A stretch of 64,000 nucleotides of DNA from a bacterium (GTDB lineage Bacteria; Zhuqueibacterota; Zhuqueibacteria; Residuimicrobiales; Krinioviventaceae). This document shows, one piece after another, positions 28,636 through 39,743 of this stretch. The stretch lies in NCBI GenBank assembly GCA_963675755.2, contig CAXXMD010000002.1, forward strand, positions 1,952,001-2,016,000, written 5' to 3'. Both the position numbers and the translations under genes were made by a program. The notes under the pieces were generated by a model. That model did not search any database. It saw nothing but the letters and a program-made list of their open reading frames with translations, and was not told the origin of the DNA. How positions within the stretch are numbered: position 1 is the stretch's first letter; every line of letters begins with the position of its first letter.

Positions 28636-30777
28636 ATGAAAAGAAAACGAATAGTTGTATTCGGTTTATTGATTCTAGGGGTCGTTTTCAATCAGGCCTT
28701 TTCACAAGATGCACTCAAAAAGTATACATCAGAAGATACCGTATATGTTTCTGCGGACAAAGATCCCAGAATTGCAGAGTTTAACAGTATAGCGATTAAA
28801 ATGCCGTTAACCATGCAAAAAACGCCGGCCACTGTGCAGGCCATTACCCAATCTACTCTTGAAGATCAGAACAGCATGGTACTGTCGGACGCGATGGAGA
28901 ACATTAGCGGTGTAAATCCCCAGAGTGGTTATGGAACACATGATTATTTCATGATTCGTGGTTTCGATACCCTTGAAAACGGATTGATGTTAACGGACGG
29001 AACCATTGAACCCGAAGCGATTATCCACAATATGTATAATATTGAACGCGTTGAAGTATTAAAAGGACCAGGCGCCTTTTTGTACGGTGGCAATCCTCTT
29101 TCAGGGACCATTAATCTTGTACGCAAAATGGCACAATATCAGAACTTTGCCAATGCTACGGTGTCTGGCGGTAGTTTCAATACCATGCGTGGCGTTGCGG
29201 ATGTAAATGTGAGCAACAACAAAGATCTGGCATTCCGTTTTAATGGTGTTTATCAACAATCAGACATGTACCGTGATGACAAAGAAAGCTCAGTATACGG
29301 TATTAATCCCGCGTTTTCATGGAAACCTGCACTGCAAAGCCAGCTGGATGTTAATTACGAATATCTGAACAGCCAGTACAGTCCCGATGCCGGTCTTCCA
29401 CTTTTATTAAATACCAATACCTACCAATTGGATGCTCTTGCAGATGTGCCGCGTGACCGTTCATATCAAACCCCCTTTGATGAATCGGAACAGATCATGC
29501 AGCGACTCAAGATCCATTATACCCATACATTTAACGATCATTTAAAATTGAGTAACCGTTTTTTCTATACCGATCTGAAATGGGATTCGCAGGGTGCCAT
29601 GGTAAACGGTGCATACCCGTCTTTTAACCAGGCTACCATGAGTTTGGTTACAGTGGTGAACCGCAGCATGCAGATTCTTGATGATCATCAAAAAATCACC
29701 GGCAACCAGTTCGAGTTGACATTCAGCAAAGAATTTGGCAAAACCCAATACCAATTACTCACTGGTATTGAGGCCCACCATTTCACCGATGTGTATACCA
29801 TTGATGTCGTCAATTCACTGCCATTCATAGACCTGTATAATCCTGTAGAAACATTTAATGGCGATTTCTCCAACGCTTACCGCTACCAGCAGGGTGACGC
29901 GGTTACCAATACTGTTGCTCCCTATATTATGAACGCATTAACATTACCGCAGGGATTCAATTTTATGGCAGGCGGACGTTTTGATAATGCCACTTATAAA
30001 GACGATCTCAACAGTGTGGACAAGACCTATAAACAGTTCAGCCCCATGGTAGGTGCAGGATACAGCCCCTTTAAATCCACATATCTCTATGCAAATGCAG
30101 GCCAGGCATTTTCCACACCTTCCGTGCGCTTGATGGGCGCACTTGATCCTGAAGAGAGCTTTCAGGTAGAAGCAGGTATTAAACAGAGTTTTCTAAAAGG
30201 GAAAATCAAATCCTCTCTTGCGGTTTACTCGCTCGAGAAAAAGAACATCGCTGTACCAGACCGCACCGGTTTGACCAAACAAGCAGGCAGCCAAAAATCA
30301 CAAGGTCTTGAATTTGAGGTTACTGCTCAAATGACAAAACACTGTGCAAGTATTTTCACCTATGCGTATACCGATGCAGAGATGACGGATTATTCTGAAA
30401 TGCTTATTGTGGGTTATGATGAAATTGGCTATCCTCAATATATGTATACAGACCGTTCAGGAAACAAGGCAACATTTGCACCTGAACACATTCTAAATTT
30501 CTGGCATTGGCGTGAATTTGGAGCATTCGAAATTGGGTTTGGCGTTCGTTATGTAAGCGAACAGTTTATCTATTATGACAATCTGTTCAAAATCGATTCC
30601 TACTATACCCTGAATGCAATGGCGAGCTATTCATTCAAGAACCTGAAATGGTTCATCAATGCAAAAAATATTACAGACAGTGAATATGAATTGAGTGGAT
30701 TTAGTGGATATTCGGTTATTCCGGCGGCACCTTTTGCAATTTACAGCGGTATCCGCTTTAATCTGGATTCTTTATAA
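28636..30777 (+). CDS. TonB-dependent receptor (siderophore-receptor-like)
   Basis: Signal peptide; IRGF and IERVEVLKGPGAFLYG..GTINLV plug motifs; NITD near the C-terminus. Confidence 0.9.
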   Translation: MKRKRIVVFGLLILGVVFNQAFSQDALKKYTSEDTVYVSADKDPRIAEFNSIAIKMPLTMQKTPATVQAITQSTLEDQNSMVLSDAMENISGVNPQSGYGTHDYFMIRGFDTLENGLMLTDGTIEPEAIIHNMYNIERVEVLKGPGAFLYGGNPLSGTINLVRKMAQYQNFANATVSGGSFNTMRGVADVNVSNNKDLAFRFNGVYQQSDMYRDDKESSVYGINPAFSWKPALQSQLDVNYEYLNSQYSPDAGLPLLLNTNTYQLDALADVPRDRSYQTPFDESEQIMQRLKIHYTHTFNDHLKLSNRFFYTDLKWDSQGAMVNGAYPSFNQATMSLVTVVNRSMQILDDHQKITGNQFELTFSKEFGKTQYQLLTGIEAHHFTDVYTIDVVNSLPFIDLYNPVETFNGDFSNAYRYQQGDAVTNTVAPYIMNALTLPQGFNFMAGGRFDNATYKDDLNSVDKTYKQFSPMVGAGYSPFKSTYLYANAGQAFSTPSVRLMGALDPEESFQVEAGIKQSFLKGKIKSSLAVYSLEKKNIAVPDRTGLTKQAGSQKSQGLEFEVTAQMTKHCASIFTYAYTDAEMTDYSEMLIVGYDEIGYPQYMYTDRSGNKATFAPEHILNFWHWREFGAFEIGFGVRYVSEQFIYYDNLFKIDSYYTLNAMASYSFKNLKWFINAKNITDSEYELSGFSGYSVIPAAPFAIYSGIRFNLDSL

Positions 30778-30806
30778 AAAAAGGGAGCAAATGCTCCCCA
30801 TTTTTT
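30776..30806. terminator. Bidirectional terminator
   Basis: A-run, gggagca-aa-tgctccc, T-run between convergent genes. Confidence 0.75.
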
Positions 30807-31203
30807 ATTCAATAATAATTGCCGGGGGTGACTGGCCCCTGGCAAATTCTTTATCCTTGATACAAAATACAGCATAAGGATTAGAGCCCGATTTTGCTCC
30901 ATTGCCCACATTCAGTACCAGTTTTTGTCCATCCTTCAAAGTGCGGGTATAGTTGCCCACTAGCTTTTCATCCATGAACTGAAAATAAACATCAGAACCT
31001 TCAGCGGTCCAGATGATCTGTTCTCCACGTTTAGAACGAACAACCGATTTTGAATTGTCCTCACTGTCGACTACTCTCCACTCGTTATTGATCTTTTTTA
31101 TGGTTACCTGGTGTTTTTTTACATCTTGTCCCGTCATTGTAAAAAAAAGTCCACTACCCAAAATCAAAACAGATATGAAAAGTAAAATGATATGTTTTTT
31201 CAC
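30805..31203 (-). CDS. Small exported beta-sandwich-like hypothetical protein
   Basis: GTG after AGGAG; signal peptide; GEQIIW..YAVFC..GQSPPAIIIE. Confidence 0.65.
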   Translation of the reverse strand: MKKHIILLFISVLILGSGLFFTMTGQDVKKHQVTIKKINNEWRVVDSEDNSKSVVRSKRGEQIIWTAEGSDVYFQFMDEKLVGNYTRTLKDGQKLVLNVGNGAKSGSNPYAVFCIKDKEFARGQSPPAIIIE

Positions 31204-31224
31204 GTATTCTCCTTTATTTAATGA

Positions 31225-33786
31225 TCAAAAATTGTCAACAATCCCGGCGAACCGATCATCCTGAACAAGCCCCTTTAATTCAGGCTGATATCGGATCTCT
31301 GATACAGAATACCCCATACGGATGGCCCGCTCAATCCAATATAGCGCTACTTCACGGTTCCCCAATTGTTCATAAACCGTTGCAGCTCTATACAATACCG
31401 GTACATTTTCTGGCGCCAGCTTTAAAGAATGCTCTATCAATGCTTTTGATTTTTCATCCTCTCCCAGCATGCTGTAATACGCCGCCAATTGCGATAAAAC
31501 AACCGGATCGTTTTGATTGACATTTTTGCGTTCCAAGGCGCGCGAAATTGCCTGACGATAAGTATCCGCTACAACGGAACTATCATAACCCGCCCAATAA
31601 TATGCAGATGCCAAATTTCCCCATACCTGGTAATCATGTTCATTGAGCTGTAACGCAAGTTTGTACATGTCAATTGCCTTTTTATACTCTCCTTCAATAT
31701 AATACAGGGTTCCCAGGTTGGATGAAGCGCTATAGGTTGGTTTTAATTCAATAGATTTTTCAAACATGTTGCGCGCATCCGGCCAGCGTTTTAAAAGATA
31801 ATAGATTCCCCCCAGATTGTTATAGCCTTTATAGTTATCCGGGGTGAGCGTATTAACCTGTTCAAATTGTACAATAGCTTCATCATATCGTGCTTGTTGA
31901 AAATAAAAAACGCCCAAATCATTGTATCCGCCCCAATAACCGGATTTCAGTTGGATGGCCTTTTTATATGTTTTTTCAGCCTCTTTCTGCATGTTCATCG
32001 CCTGGTAGGTCTTTGCCAATCCTCGAAAAGCCTCCGCATTTACCGGATCAATTGCAAGCGCACGATTATAGAATTTCATTGCCTCCTGATATTGTCCCGA
32101 GCCTGCATTTACCATTCCCAATGTAACACAGATTGGCGCTAATCCGGAATTCAGTTCATAAGCCTTTTTACATGCTGTTTTGGCCTTGTCTACCCAGTCC
32201 GGGTTCTTGCTGATTTCATACTTTAACCAGTATGCTTCACCCAGACCGGCAAAAGCCAGTGCATAATTTTTATCCAGTTCTATTGCATGATTGAACAGAT
32301 TCAATGCAGATTCCAGACTTTCAGAATCCTGATATCGCTTTAAATATCCATACCCCTGTAAATAAAATTCATAAGCACCGGGAACATCCGTAACACCGGT
32401 CTTGATCTCGGCTTCTGCACGGGTATCAATATTCAAATTCAACATTTGCATGACCTGTTTTACCGATTCTTCCTGCAACAGGATCGCATTTTGTTTTTCT
32501 ACATCAACCACCGCAGAATTTAATTGCCGCATCTTGCCCGCATCTACCAGGTTCAATAGCAATCGGTAATGATCACCAAGCTGCTGTAAACTTCCGGTTA
32601 CCACAATATTTGATCCAAATATTTTTTTGGCTTCACCGGGACTGCTGATTTGCTGTTTTCGTACTTCACTTGAAGGCACAACCCAAAGCGATTCATGATA
32701 TTTTTCCAACTGTGACAACTTGCTGGAAATAATCTCCTGCAAACCGTCACAAAAAGCAGCAAGTTGATGATCATCACCAATATTGGTAAAGGGTAATATC
32801 GTCAAATGCTGCTGCGAGTTGTTCCCATCCATCATGGATTTTAAAGGAGTTAAATACCATAAACCCAGGATCACAACCAAAGCGGCAGCTGCCATACCCC
32901 AATAGGCATATTGGGGTATACGCTCTCTAAATACTGTTTTGGATTTTTGTTCATCTTCAGGATTGAATTTTTCCTGCACCTGAGGCAAAAGGTCATCCAG
33001 TATTTCAACAGCCGAGGCATAACGATGATTCAGGTCTTTTTGCAGACATTTCAAAATTACTGCCTCTAATCCGTCATCAATATGATTTGTAATGGGCAGC
33101 GGTTCATCGTTCATAATGGAGTAGATAATAGCCTGTTCATAAGCGCCGTCAAAAGGCATGTGTTTGCAGAACATCTCGTACAATACAACTCCCAAAGACC
33201 ATAAATCAGATTGTTCACCAATCTCATTGCCCATGGCCTGTTCGGGACTCATATAGGCTACCGTCCCCAGAGTTGTACCTGCATGTACTACATCAGCTTT
33301 ATCATGGATTTTTGCCAATCCAAAATCCATGATCTTGATCTGCCCCTCACGCGTCACCATAATATTTGTGCTCTTGATATCACGATGCACAATCCCTCTG
33401 CTGTGTGCTGCCTTTAATCCTTCAGCAATTTGTATTGCATAGGATCGGAAAGGGATCGTACCGGTATCAATCAAACCGGGATCCTGGATAATATCTTTTA
33501 ATTCATAGCCATCAATAAATTCCATAACAATAAAAGCGGTATCCTGCATCTCTTCAATGGAATAAACCGTAGCAATATTGGGATGGTTAAGTGCAGCGAC
33601 TGCCCGGGCCTCGTTCAGAAAGCGATCTTTTTGTTCTTTGTCAGCAGACAAATGCGCAGATAAAAATTTAATTGCCACGTACCTGTCCAGTTTACGGTCA
33701 TGGGCTTTGTAAACCACACCCATACCGCCCTGACCGAGCTTTTCTACAATGGTATAATGGCCAATTTCTTTTCCGGGTACTATCAT
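31225..33786 (-). CDS. Membrane Hanks-type Ser/Thr kinase with TolB-like and TPR domains
   Basis: LGQGGMGVVY, VAIK, HRDIKSTN, DFGLA, SPEQ; one TM; ILPFTN; many TPR repeats. Confidence 0.93.
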   Translation of the reverse strand: MIVPGKEIGHYTIVEKLGQGGMGVVYKAHDRKLDRYVAIKFLSAHLSADKEQKDRFLNEARAVAALNHPNIATVYSIEEMQDTAFIVMEFIDGYELKDIIQDPGLIDTGTIPFRSYAIQIAEGLKAAHSRGIVHRDIKSTNIMVTREGQIKIMDFGLAKIHDKADVVHAGTTLGTVAYMSPEQAMGNEIGEQSDLWSLGVVLYEMFCKHMPFDGAYEQAIIYSIMNDEPLPITNHIDDGLEAVILKCLQKDLNHRYASAVEILDDLLPQVQEKFNPEDEQKSKTVFRERIPQYAYWGMAAAALVVILGLWYLTPLKSMMDGNNSQQHLTILPFTNIGDDHQLAAFCDGLQEIISSKLSQLEKYHESLWVVPSSEVRKQQISSPGEAKKIFGSNIVVTGSLQQLGDHYRLLLNLVDAGKMRQLNSAVVDVEKQNAILLQEESVKQVMQMLNLNIDTRAEAEIKTGVTDVPGAYEFYLQGYGYLKRYQDSESLESALNLFNHAIELDKNYALAFAGLGEAYWLKYEISKNPDWVDKAKTACKKAYELNSGLAPICVTLGMVNAGSGQYQEAMKFYNRALAIDPVNAEAFRGLAKTYQAMNMQKEAEKTYKKAIQLKSGYWGGYNDLGVFYFQQARYDEAIVQFEQVNTLTPDNYKGYNNLGGIYYLLKRWPDARNMFEKSIELKPTYSASSNLGTLYYIEGEYKKAIDMYKLALQLNEHDYQVWGNLASAYYWAGYDSSVVADTYRQAISRALERKNVNQNDPVVLSQLAAYYSMLGEDEKSKALIEHSLKLAPENVPVLYRAATVYEQLGNREVALYWIERAIRMGYSVSEIRYQPELKGLVQDDRFAGIVDNF

Positions 33787-33853
33787 AAATTTCCAGGCTT
33801 AATTTATCCATACCCACACCCCAGGCACATTCCCTTAACACATGGATTTATTG

Positions 33854-35143
33854 TTATTGACGTTTAATGACTACCAGGGTCATATCATCCATTTGCGGTT
33901 CATTTTGCACAAATGCATTTACAGATTGAAAAATAATATCCACAAGCTCTTTTGCTGAACGGTGCTTATTTTCTGCAACGACTTTTTCCAACCGGGGTTC
34001 ATCATATTCTTCCCGTTTCCTGTTCATCGCTTCGGTAATTCCGTCTGAAAACAGAACAAATACATCACCGGGATCAATTCTTACTCGGGCCTCTTCATAT
34101 ACACTTCGGGCCATAAAACCAACAACCAGCCCACCCTTGTCAAGCTTTTCCAGTTTATCCTTTTTGAATAACATGGGAAGATTATGTCCCCCATTACAAT
34201 AGGAAATGGTGTTATTTTCAGGGTCCAATATACCATAAAACAATGTGGCAAATTTATTTTCATCTGTACTGTGATACATGAGGGTATTGGTGGCCGCAAC
34301 GCAGGTGCTGCAATCGGAATATACAGCAGACTGCCCTCGCAGGGTTGCCTGTAAATTGGCCATCAATAAAGACGCGGGCATACCCTTGCCTGAAATATCT
34401 CCCAGGCAAAATGCAAGGGTACCGTTTGGTTTTTCAATATAATCAAAATAATCACCCCCAACCTCTTTGGCAGATACGCTTTTACCGGTAATTTCGTATC
34501 CGGGTATTGAGGGATCTTTGACAGGCAGTAATCGCTTTTGAATCTGACTGGCCATACGCATATCTTCCTGATATCGCATCAAGGCCTTTTCTTCTTCATA
34601 CAAACGCGCATTCTCTATGATTTGTGAGGATTGAGAAGCAATGATAGACAACAAACGTTGGTCATTCGGGGTAAAGCCGCTGCCATCCATCTTGTTAAAT
34701 ACAGTGATCAGGCCAATCATTTTCCCTTTGGCCATCATGGGTACAGTGAGCAATGTATGCACAGGGAACTCGGGCTCGGGTACCCAATTGATGCGGTCAT
34801 CCGTTTCCAGATTATTAATCAGCAGAGGCACTTTATGTTTCAACATCCAGCCGGTTAACTGGGTGTCCAAACGATAAGGAAGTCCATTAACCTGAGAGTC
34901 CTGCTTGCGGACCATGGTTTGAAACGGATTTTCTTCATTTTTTTCATCCAGCAATTGCACGGCGCATTGTTCAATCTGAAAATGCTTTACACAATTCTGC
35001 ACAATCATATCTACAATACTGTCAACAGATTGTGTTGAAGTTATTGCCGTTGCAATATCATTCAATACTGATAACTCTTTGACAGCAATTTTCAATTGCC
35101 GGTTTTCACTTTCAATCCGGTCAATGCTTGACTGATCAATCAA
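33854..35143 (-). CDS. GAF + SpoIIE/PP2C phosphatase (RsbU-like)
   Basis: GAF (FTPNDQRLL..ENARLY); VGGDYFD, GDISGKG, SDGITEA, DDMTLVV. Probable TTG start at 35143 (ORF track starts 35260). Confidence 0.9.
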   Translation of the reverse strand: MIDQSSIDRIESENRQLKIAVKELSVLNDIATAITSTQSVDSIVDMIVQNCVKHFQIEQCAVQLLDEKNEENPFQTMVRKQDSQVNGLPYRLDTQLTGWMLKHKVPLLINNLETDDRINWVPEPEFPVHTLLTVPMMAKGKMIGLITVFNKMDGSGFTPNDQRLLSIIASQSSQIIENARLYEEEKALMRYQEDMRMASQIQKRLLPVKDPSIPGYEITGKSVSAKEVGGDYFDYIEKPNGTLAFCLGDISGKGMPASLLMANLQATLRGQSAVYSDCSTCVAATNTLMYHSTDENKFATLFYGILDPENNTISYCNGGHNLPMLFKKDKLEKLDKGGLVVGFMARSVYEEARVRIDPGDVFVLFSDGITEAMNRKREEYDEPRLEKVVAENKHRSAKELVDIIFQSVNAFVQNEPQMDDMTLVVIKRQ

Positions 35144-35622
35144 AATATACCCTTTGGCCTGTTTTATTGAATACAATTCATCAACATGAAATAGAACAAA
35201 GCTTTGGGGTATATTCATTCCTGAATGTAGAGATAAGTATATGGGTGGTGTGAAATACAAAAAAGAGATTATTTCATTTCCGGGTAAACTTTTTGAGGAT
35301 TAAATTGTCTAATATTATAGAAAACTTGTAACCTTGTTGAACAATTAGAGTTTTAAATAAAAAAGTTACTATTACTTTGAATATTTTTTATATTGAGGTT
35401 TATCAATATCAAGAACACCTTTTTCACAGTCGACAATTTTTAACAGAATATAAAAAAATTTACCAGATATTGGAACGAATCAACAGGAATTGTGGTTATA
35501 TATAATAATCCACTCGAAGCAACATTTCTGTCACGGGCCGATATATTTAAATAGCTGAAAATTAAAAGCATTGATTTATTTTAATAGCAATTAGCCAATT
35601 GCTATTTCAGCCGGAGAAGTCC

Positions 35623-35805
35623 ATGAAACCCATTACTCGCCAACAGGCGGAGAAACTGTTTGATCAGGCACAGGTCAAAACCCACAAAATTGAACAAAGC
35701 AAAAAAGAACTAACCATATGTATAGCACTGGACAATGACAGATCCATATTTGTGGTATATGATAATAAGGAACATGAAGAAAAATATTTCTTCAAGGGGA
35801 ACTAG
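35623..35805 (+). CDS. Small hypothetical protein (60 aa)
   Basis: GGAG RBS then ATG; protein-like composition; followed by a terminator. Confidence 0.55.
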   Translation: MKPITRQQAEKLFDQAQVKTHKIEQSKKELTICIALDNDRSIFVVYDNKEHEEKYFFKGN

Positions 35806-35826
35806 ATAAATTCTACGATAATGATA

Positions 35827-35857
35827 TAACCTTTCGGGCAAAATACCCGAAAGGTTA
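35827..35857. terminator. Hairpin between convergent genes
   Basis: taacctttcggg-caaaata-cccgaaaggtta. Confidence 0.65.
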
Positions 35858-35863
35858 CAAGGT

Positions 35864-38287
35864 TTATGATACTTTTTTATATTTATTTACTTGTGTCAGT
35901 TTAAATGAAGTTACCAGTGCCTCAAGCTCACTGGCCTGACTCGCAAGCTCTTCGGAAGAGGTTGCAGATTCTTCGGAACTGGCAGAATTCTGCTGGGTTA
36001 CCAGATTCACTTCTTCTACCATACCACTCAACTCTTTAATACCCCCACGCTGCTGCTCAAAGATCCCAACAATATTAGTCAAAACATTTGAAAGCTTGTT
36101 GATATGATCGTCCATGGTATCAAAGTTTTCAGAAACCGTGCTGTTCATTTTCACAACATCTTCGGCTTTTTTAATTACATCGGCAATCATATCAGCCGTA
36201 GACCCCGCGGCTTCAGCGCTTCTCATTGCAAGGTTTCGTACTTCTTCCGCAACCACGGCAAATCCTTTACCGCTTTCTCCTGCTCTTGCAGCTTCTACCG
36301 CCGCATTCAGGGCAAGCAGATTGGTTTGAAAGGCTATTTCATCAATGGTATTGATGATTTTTGAAGTTTTGTCTGAAGAATCTTTGATATCTTTAACCGA
36401 TCTGGAGAGCATTTTCATATTATCCAGACCCATTTGCACATTACTGTTACATGTAGAGATCATATTATTAGATGCCTGAATTGTATCAACATTCTTGTTA
36501 ACCAGATCTGCCATGGCTAATAAATTACTGCTCATATTCTCTATGGATGCTGCCTGTTCGGCTGCACCATTGGCCAGATTTTGACTTCCCATACTAATAT
36601 GATCTGAAGCGCTTGCAACCTGTATACTGGAAGCGGCAACCTGGGTAAAGCCCTGCTCCAGATTTAACAAGGTAGTATTTAAAGCATTTTTGATCCGGGC
36701 ATGGTCACCAACATAATCCCCATGCATTCGTGGAGTCAGGTCTTTGTTTGCCAGCAAATCAAGTACACCTATTGCTTCTTCAATGGGTGTTAGTATATTT
36801 TGAATTGCATCGTTAAAACTGTTGATCAAATCCAGATACACACCCTGTGCATTTTCTGAACTGGCACGCGATTTCAGATCACCGGTTTTGATTGAATCAG
36901 CAACCTGTTTTACCTGTTCCAATGCCCGCTGCGAATTTCTTATTTCAGATTGGATTTTTTCGTTACTGCTTTTCAGATTATCAACCATGGTTCTGTATGC
37001 ATTGGCCAATGTACCTATTTCATCATTTTGATAAATGTCAATTTCCTGGTCCAGATCGCCCTGTGCAATTCGCTCAGAGATCCGGGTCAGTCGAATAACC
37101 GGTGCAGTTAATCTGTTTCCGGCAATTAATGAAATGGCTACCCCGGCAAATAACAGAACCAGTCCTACGCCTGCAAAGGTGTATAAAAGCTGATTTAAAG
37201 AACTATGAACAACCTGTTGTGTTGTTAAAAAATCATCTTCATAAACACTTGCACCAATGACCCAATCCCATGGCTCAAAATAAGCAAGTGCTGCAATTTT
37301 TTTACGAGCCGTTTTTTCATTCACATTTCTCCAATAGTATTCCTGAAATGCGATCTGCCTTTTATCAAGAGCAAGCGCGGTGTTGATCATATTCTTTACA
37401 AAAAACTCTCCGTTTGCATCCTGAGAGTTTAATACATTTTCACCGTCACGTGTACCTCCATCAGAAATAATGTAATTCCCCTGGTTCATGCCACTGCCTT
37501 CCAGAGCAAAGACATATCCGGTTTTTCCTACTGTAATATCCATAATACCCTGGCGAAGATTTTCAACAGCATCCTGCTTGACACCTACATACAACATGCC
37601 TATAATTTCACCACTGCTATTTTTGACAGGTTTATAGACTGTCAGATACCAGTCATTCACAACAAATGCTCGTCCATGAAAAGTTTCACCACGCAGGATA
37701 GTAGACACAACCGGATTTGCAGCCCCATCCGGATTTACAGCCGGGATATACGTACCAATGGCCCGCGAACCGTCTTTTTTCTCAACATTGGTGCAGATTC
37801 GCAGCATGTCTCCTTTGCTGTTCATGCGTTGAAAAATCGTGCAGGTTCCACCCACCAGATCCTTAACCTTGTCAACCAGAGGTGACTCTGTTGTCATTTC
37901 GTAATTTTTCCCCAGCCACTTTTCACCAATTTCAAATTGAGGCAACTCTACCTGTACAGATGTACGGGTATACTGGTTTATCGCATTCCAGCTTGTGGTT
38001 TTATTATTATTCTCCCTCAACTTGCCCATGGATTGCAATTGAAATTCTGCAACATTTAAATTTTTGTTTAATTGATCTTTGATAATTTCATGTGATGTTT
38101 GACAATAGTTGTAAACATCTTTAGTGATTTGGGCAATATTTTGCTCTTTAAGCAAATCCAATTGACTCATCATTACAGAGTCCACGTCATGTTGCTTGTT
38201 AAATGTTAACAAGAAAAGAACCAGTATAGTACCGAAAATAGAAATTACAGGTAAAGCAATAACTTTTTGTTTAATGGATAATTGCAT
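35864..38287 (-). CDS. Methyl-accepting chemotaxis protein (Cache sensor, HAMP)
   Basis: Two TMs; [17 protein letters not shown] Cache-type region; [37 protein letters not shown]. Confidence 0.95.
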   Translation of the reverse strand: MQLSIKQKVIALPVISIFGTILVLFLLTFNKQHDVDSVMMSQLDLLKEQNIAQITKDVYNYCQTSHEIIKDQLNKNLNVAEFQLQSMGKLRENNNKTTSWNAINQYTRTSVQVELPQFEIGEKWLGKNYEMTTESPLVDKVKDLVGGTCTIFQRMNSKGDMLRICTNVEKKDGSRAIGTYIPAVNPDGAANPVVSTILRGETFHGRAFVVNDWYLTVYKPVKNSSGEIIGMLYVGVKQDAVENLRQGIMDITVGKTGYVFALEGSGMNQGNYIISDGGTRDGENVLNSQDANGEFFVKNMINTALALDKRQIAFQEYYWRNVNEKTARKKIAALAYFEPWDWVIGASVYEDDFLTTQQVVHSSLNQLLYTFAGVGLVLLFAGVAISLIAGNRLTAPVIRLTRISERIAQGDLDQEIDIYQNDEIGTLANAYRTMVDNLKSSNEKIQSEIRNSQRALEQVKQVADSIKTGDLKSRASSENAQGVYLDLINSFNDAIQNILTPIEEAIGVLDLLANKDLTPRMHGDYVGDHARIKNALNTTLLNLEQGFTQVAASSIQVASASDHISMGSQNLANGAAEQAASIENMSSNLLAMADLVNKNVDTIQASNNMISTCNSNVQMGLDNMKMLSRSVKDIKDSSDKTSKIINTIDEIAFQTNLLALNAAVEAARAGESGKGFAVVAEEVRNLAMRSAEAAGSTADMIADVIKKAEDVVKMNSTVSENFDTMDDHINKLSNVLTNIVGIFEQQRGGIKELSGMVEEVNLVTQQNSASSEESATSSEELASQASELEALVTSFKLTQVNKYKKVS

Positions 38288-38864
38288 AATCTACTCCTTG
38301 TCTGCAATATTCACACTATCATTTCACTGTTTTATTATGAATATCCAATACCCCTACAAATGATTTTTCACACAAATTACAGCTGGATTGACGGGAATCC
38401 CCCATTGATTATATGCAAATTAAAGCAGGAGTTAAATTAGCATATAAACAAAATAGTGGATTTGAATCGAGTTCAATTACAATTCCGTATCTACAAAAAC
38501 CGAACCAAACCCACAATACTTGAATTTTGACAAGAAAAATAAACCTTTGTTTTTAAGTACCTTACAATATTAACATAAAATTAATACATGAAAAATTACA
38601 AAAACTGACTGTACAATCGTTAAAAACCAGAAAATTGTAGAGAAAAGCGGGAAAAAATTACTCGTGTAAGTAATGAATTTTTAATCACAGAACAAGTGCT
38701 AATATTAGCTTGCCATTATAGGGGTGTAATATTGCTGTGGTTTAATCATCCATTAAAATTTGGGAGTACTTTGGTTATCTGACATATTGCCAAAATCCCT
38801 CAGGATTATTATATTATTTATCTGTGTTAATACTGACAAAAGAGAGTAAAAAACTGAGGAAATT

Positions 38865-39698
38865 ATGAGTATTCAATCCATATCAGACAAAACAACACTG
38901 AACAATGGCGTAAAAATGCCCTGGTTTGGGCTGGGTGTTTTCGAATCCCGCGAAGGTGGAGAGATTGAAAACGCCATACATACTGCTTTTGAACATGGAT
39001 ACCGTAGTATTGATACCGCATCCTTTTATCAAAATGAACGGGGCGTGGGCAAAGCAATACAGGAAAGCAACGTACCCCGTGAAGAAATATTTGTAACCAC
39101 AAAAATCTGGAATGATGATGTTCGCGCCGGTCGGACAAAGCAGGCGTTTGAAAAGAGCCTTGAAAAACTGAAACTCGACTATATCGACCTGTACCTCATC
39201 CATTGGCCGGTGGGTGGACATTTTGTTCAGGCCTGGAAAGATTTAAAAGAGATCTACCAATCAGGTCTTGTCAAAGCTATTGGTCTTAGTAACTTTATGA
39301 TACACCATTTGCAGGAATTGATGGACAGCAGCGAAATTATACCTACAGTAAACCAGGTGGAATTTCATCCACGGCTGGTGCAGCCCAAACTGCGACAATT
39401 CTGCAAAGAGAATAAAATCCAGTTTGAAGCCTGGAGCCCGCTCATGCGTGGAGAGATCTTTAGCATACCGCAAATCAACAATCTGGCAAAAAAATATAAT
39501 AAAACTGAAGCGCAAATTGTACTGCGTTGGGATTTGCAGCACGAGGTTGTTACTATTCCCAAATCTGCCAAACCGGAACGTATTATTGCAAATGCTCAAA
39601 TTTTTGATTTTGAACTGCAACCGGAAGAAATGGACCTGCTGGATGGTCTTGACAATGCAACCCGAACCGGTCCGGACCCCAATAATTTCAACTTTTAA
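38865..39698 (+). CDS. Aldo/keto reductase
   Basis: GYRSIDTASFYQNE, FVTTKIWN, DLYLIHWP, IPKS..RI. Confidence 0.95.
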   Translation: MSIQSISDKTTLNNGVKMPWFGLGVFESREGGEIENAIHTAFEHGYRSIDTASFYQNERGVGKAIQESNVPREEIFVTTKIWNDDVRAGRTKQAFEKSLEKLKLDYIDLYLIHWPVGGHFVQAWKDLKEIYQSGLVKAIGLSNFMIHHLQELMDSSEIIPTVNQVEFHPRLVQPKLRQFCKENKIQFEAWSPLMRGEIFSIPQINNLAKKYNKTEAQIVLRWDLQHEVVTIPKSAKPERIIANAQIFDFELQPEEMDLLDGLDNATRTGPDPNNFNF

Positions 39699-39703
39699 TA
39701 AAG

Positions 39704-39737
39704 GTTCCTCCGGTCCCCCCTATATTACCGGAGGAAC
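39704..39737. terminator. Hairpin between convergent genes
   Basis: gttcctccggt...accggaggaac. Confidence 0.65.
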
Positions 39738-39743
39738 AATTTC

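Noticed and set aside
38411-38445. Inverted repeat upstream of the MCP as a sigma54 promoter or c-di-GMP riboswitch
   Set aside because: Lacks the -24 GG and the riboswitch consensus; could be an operator, but a single instance is insufficient.
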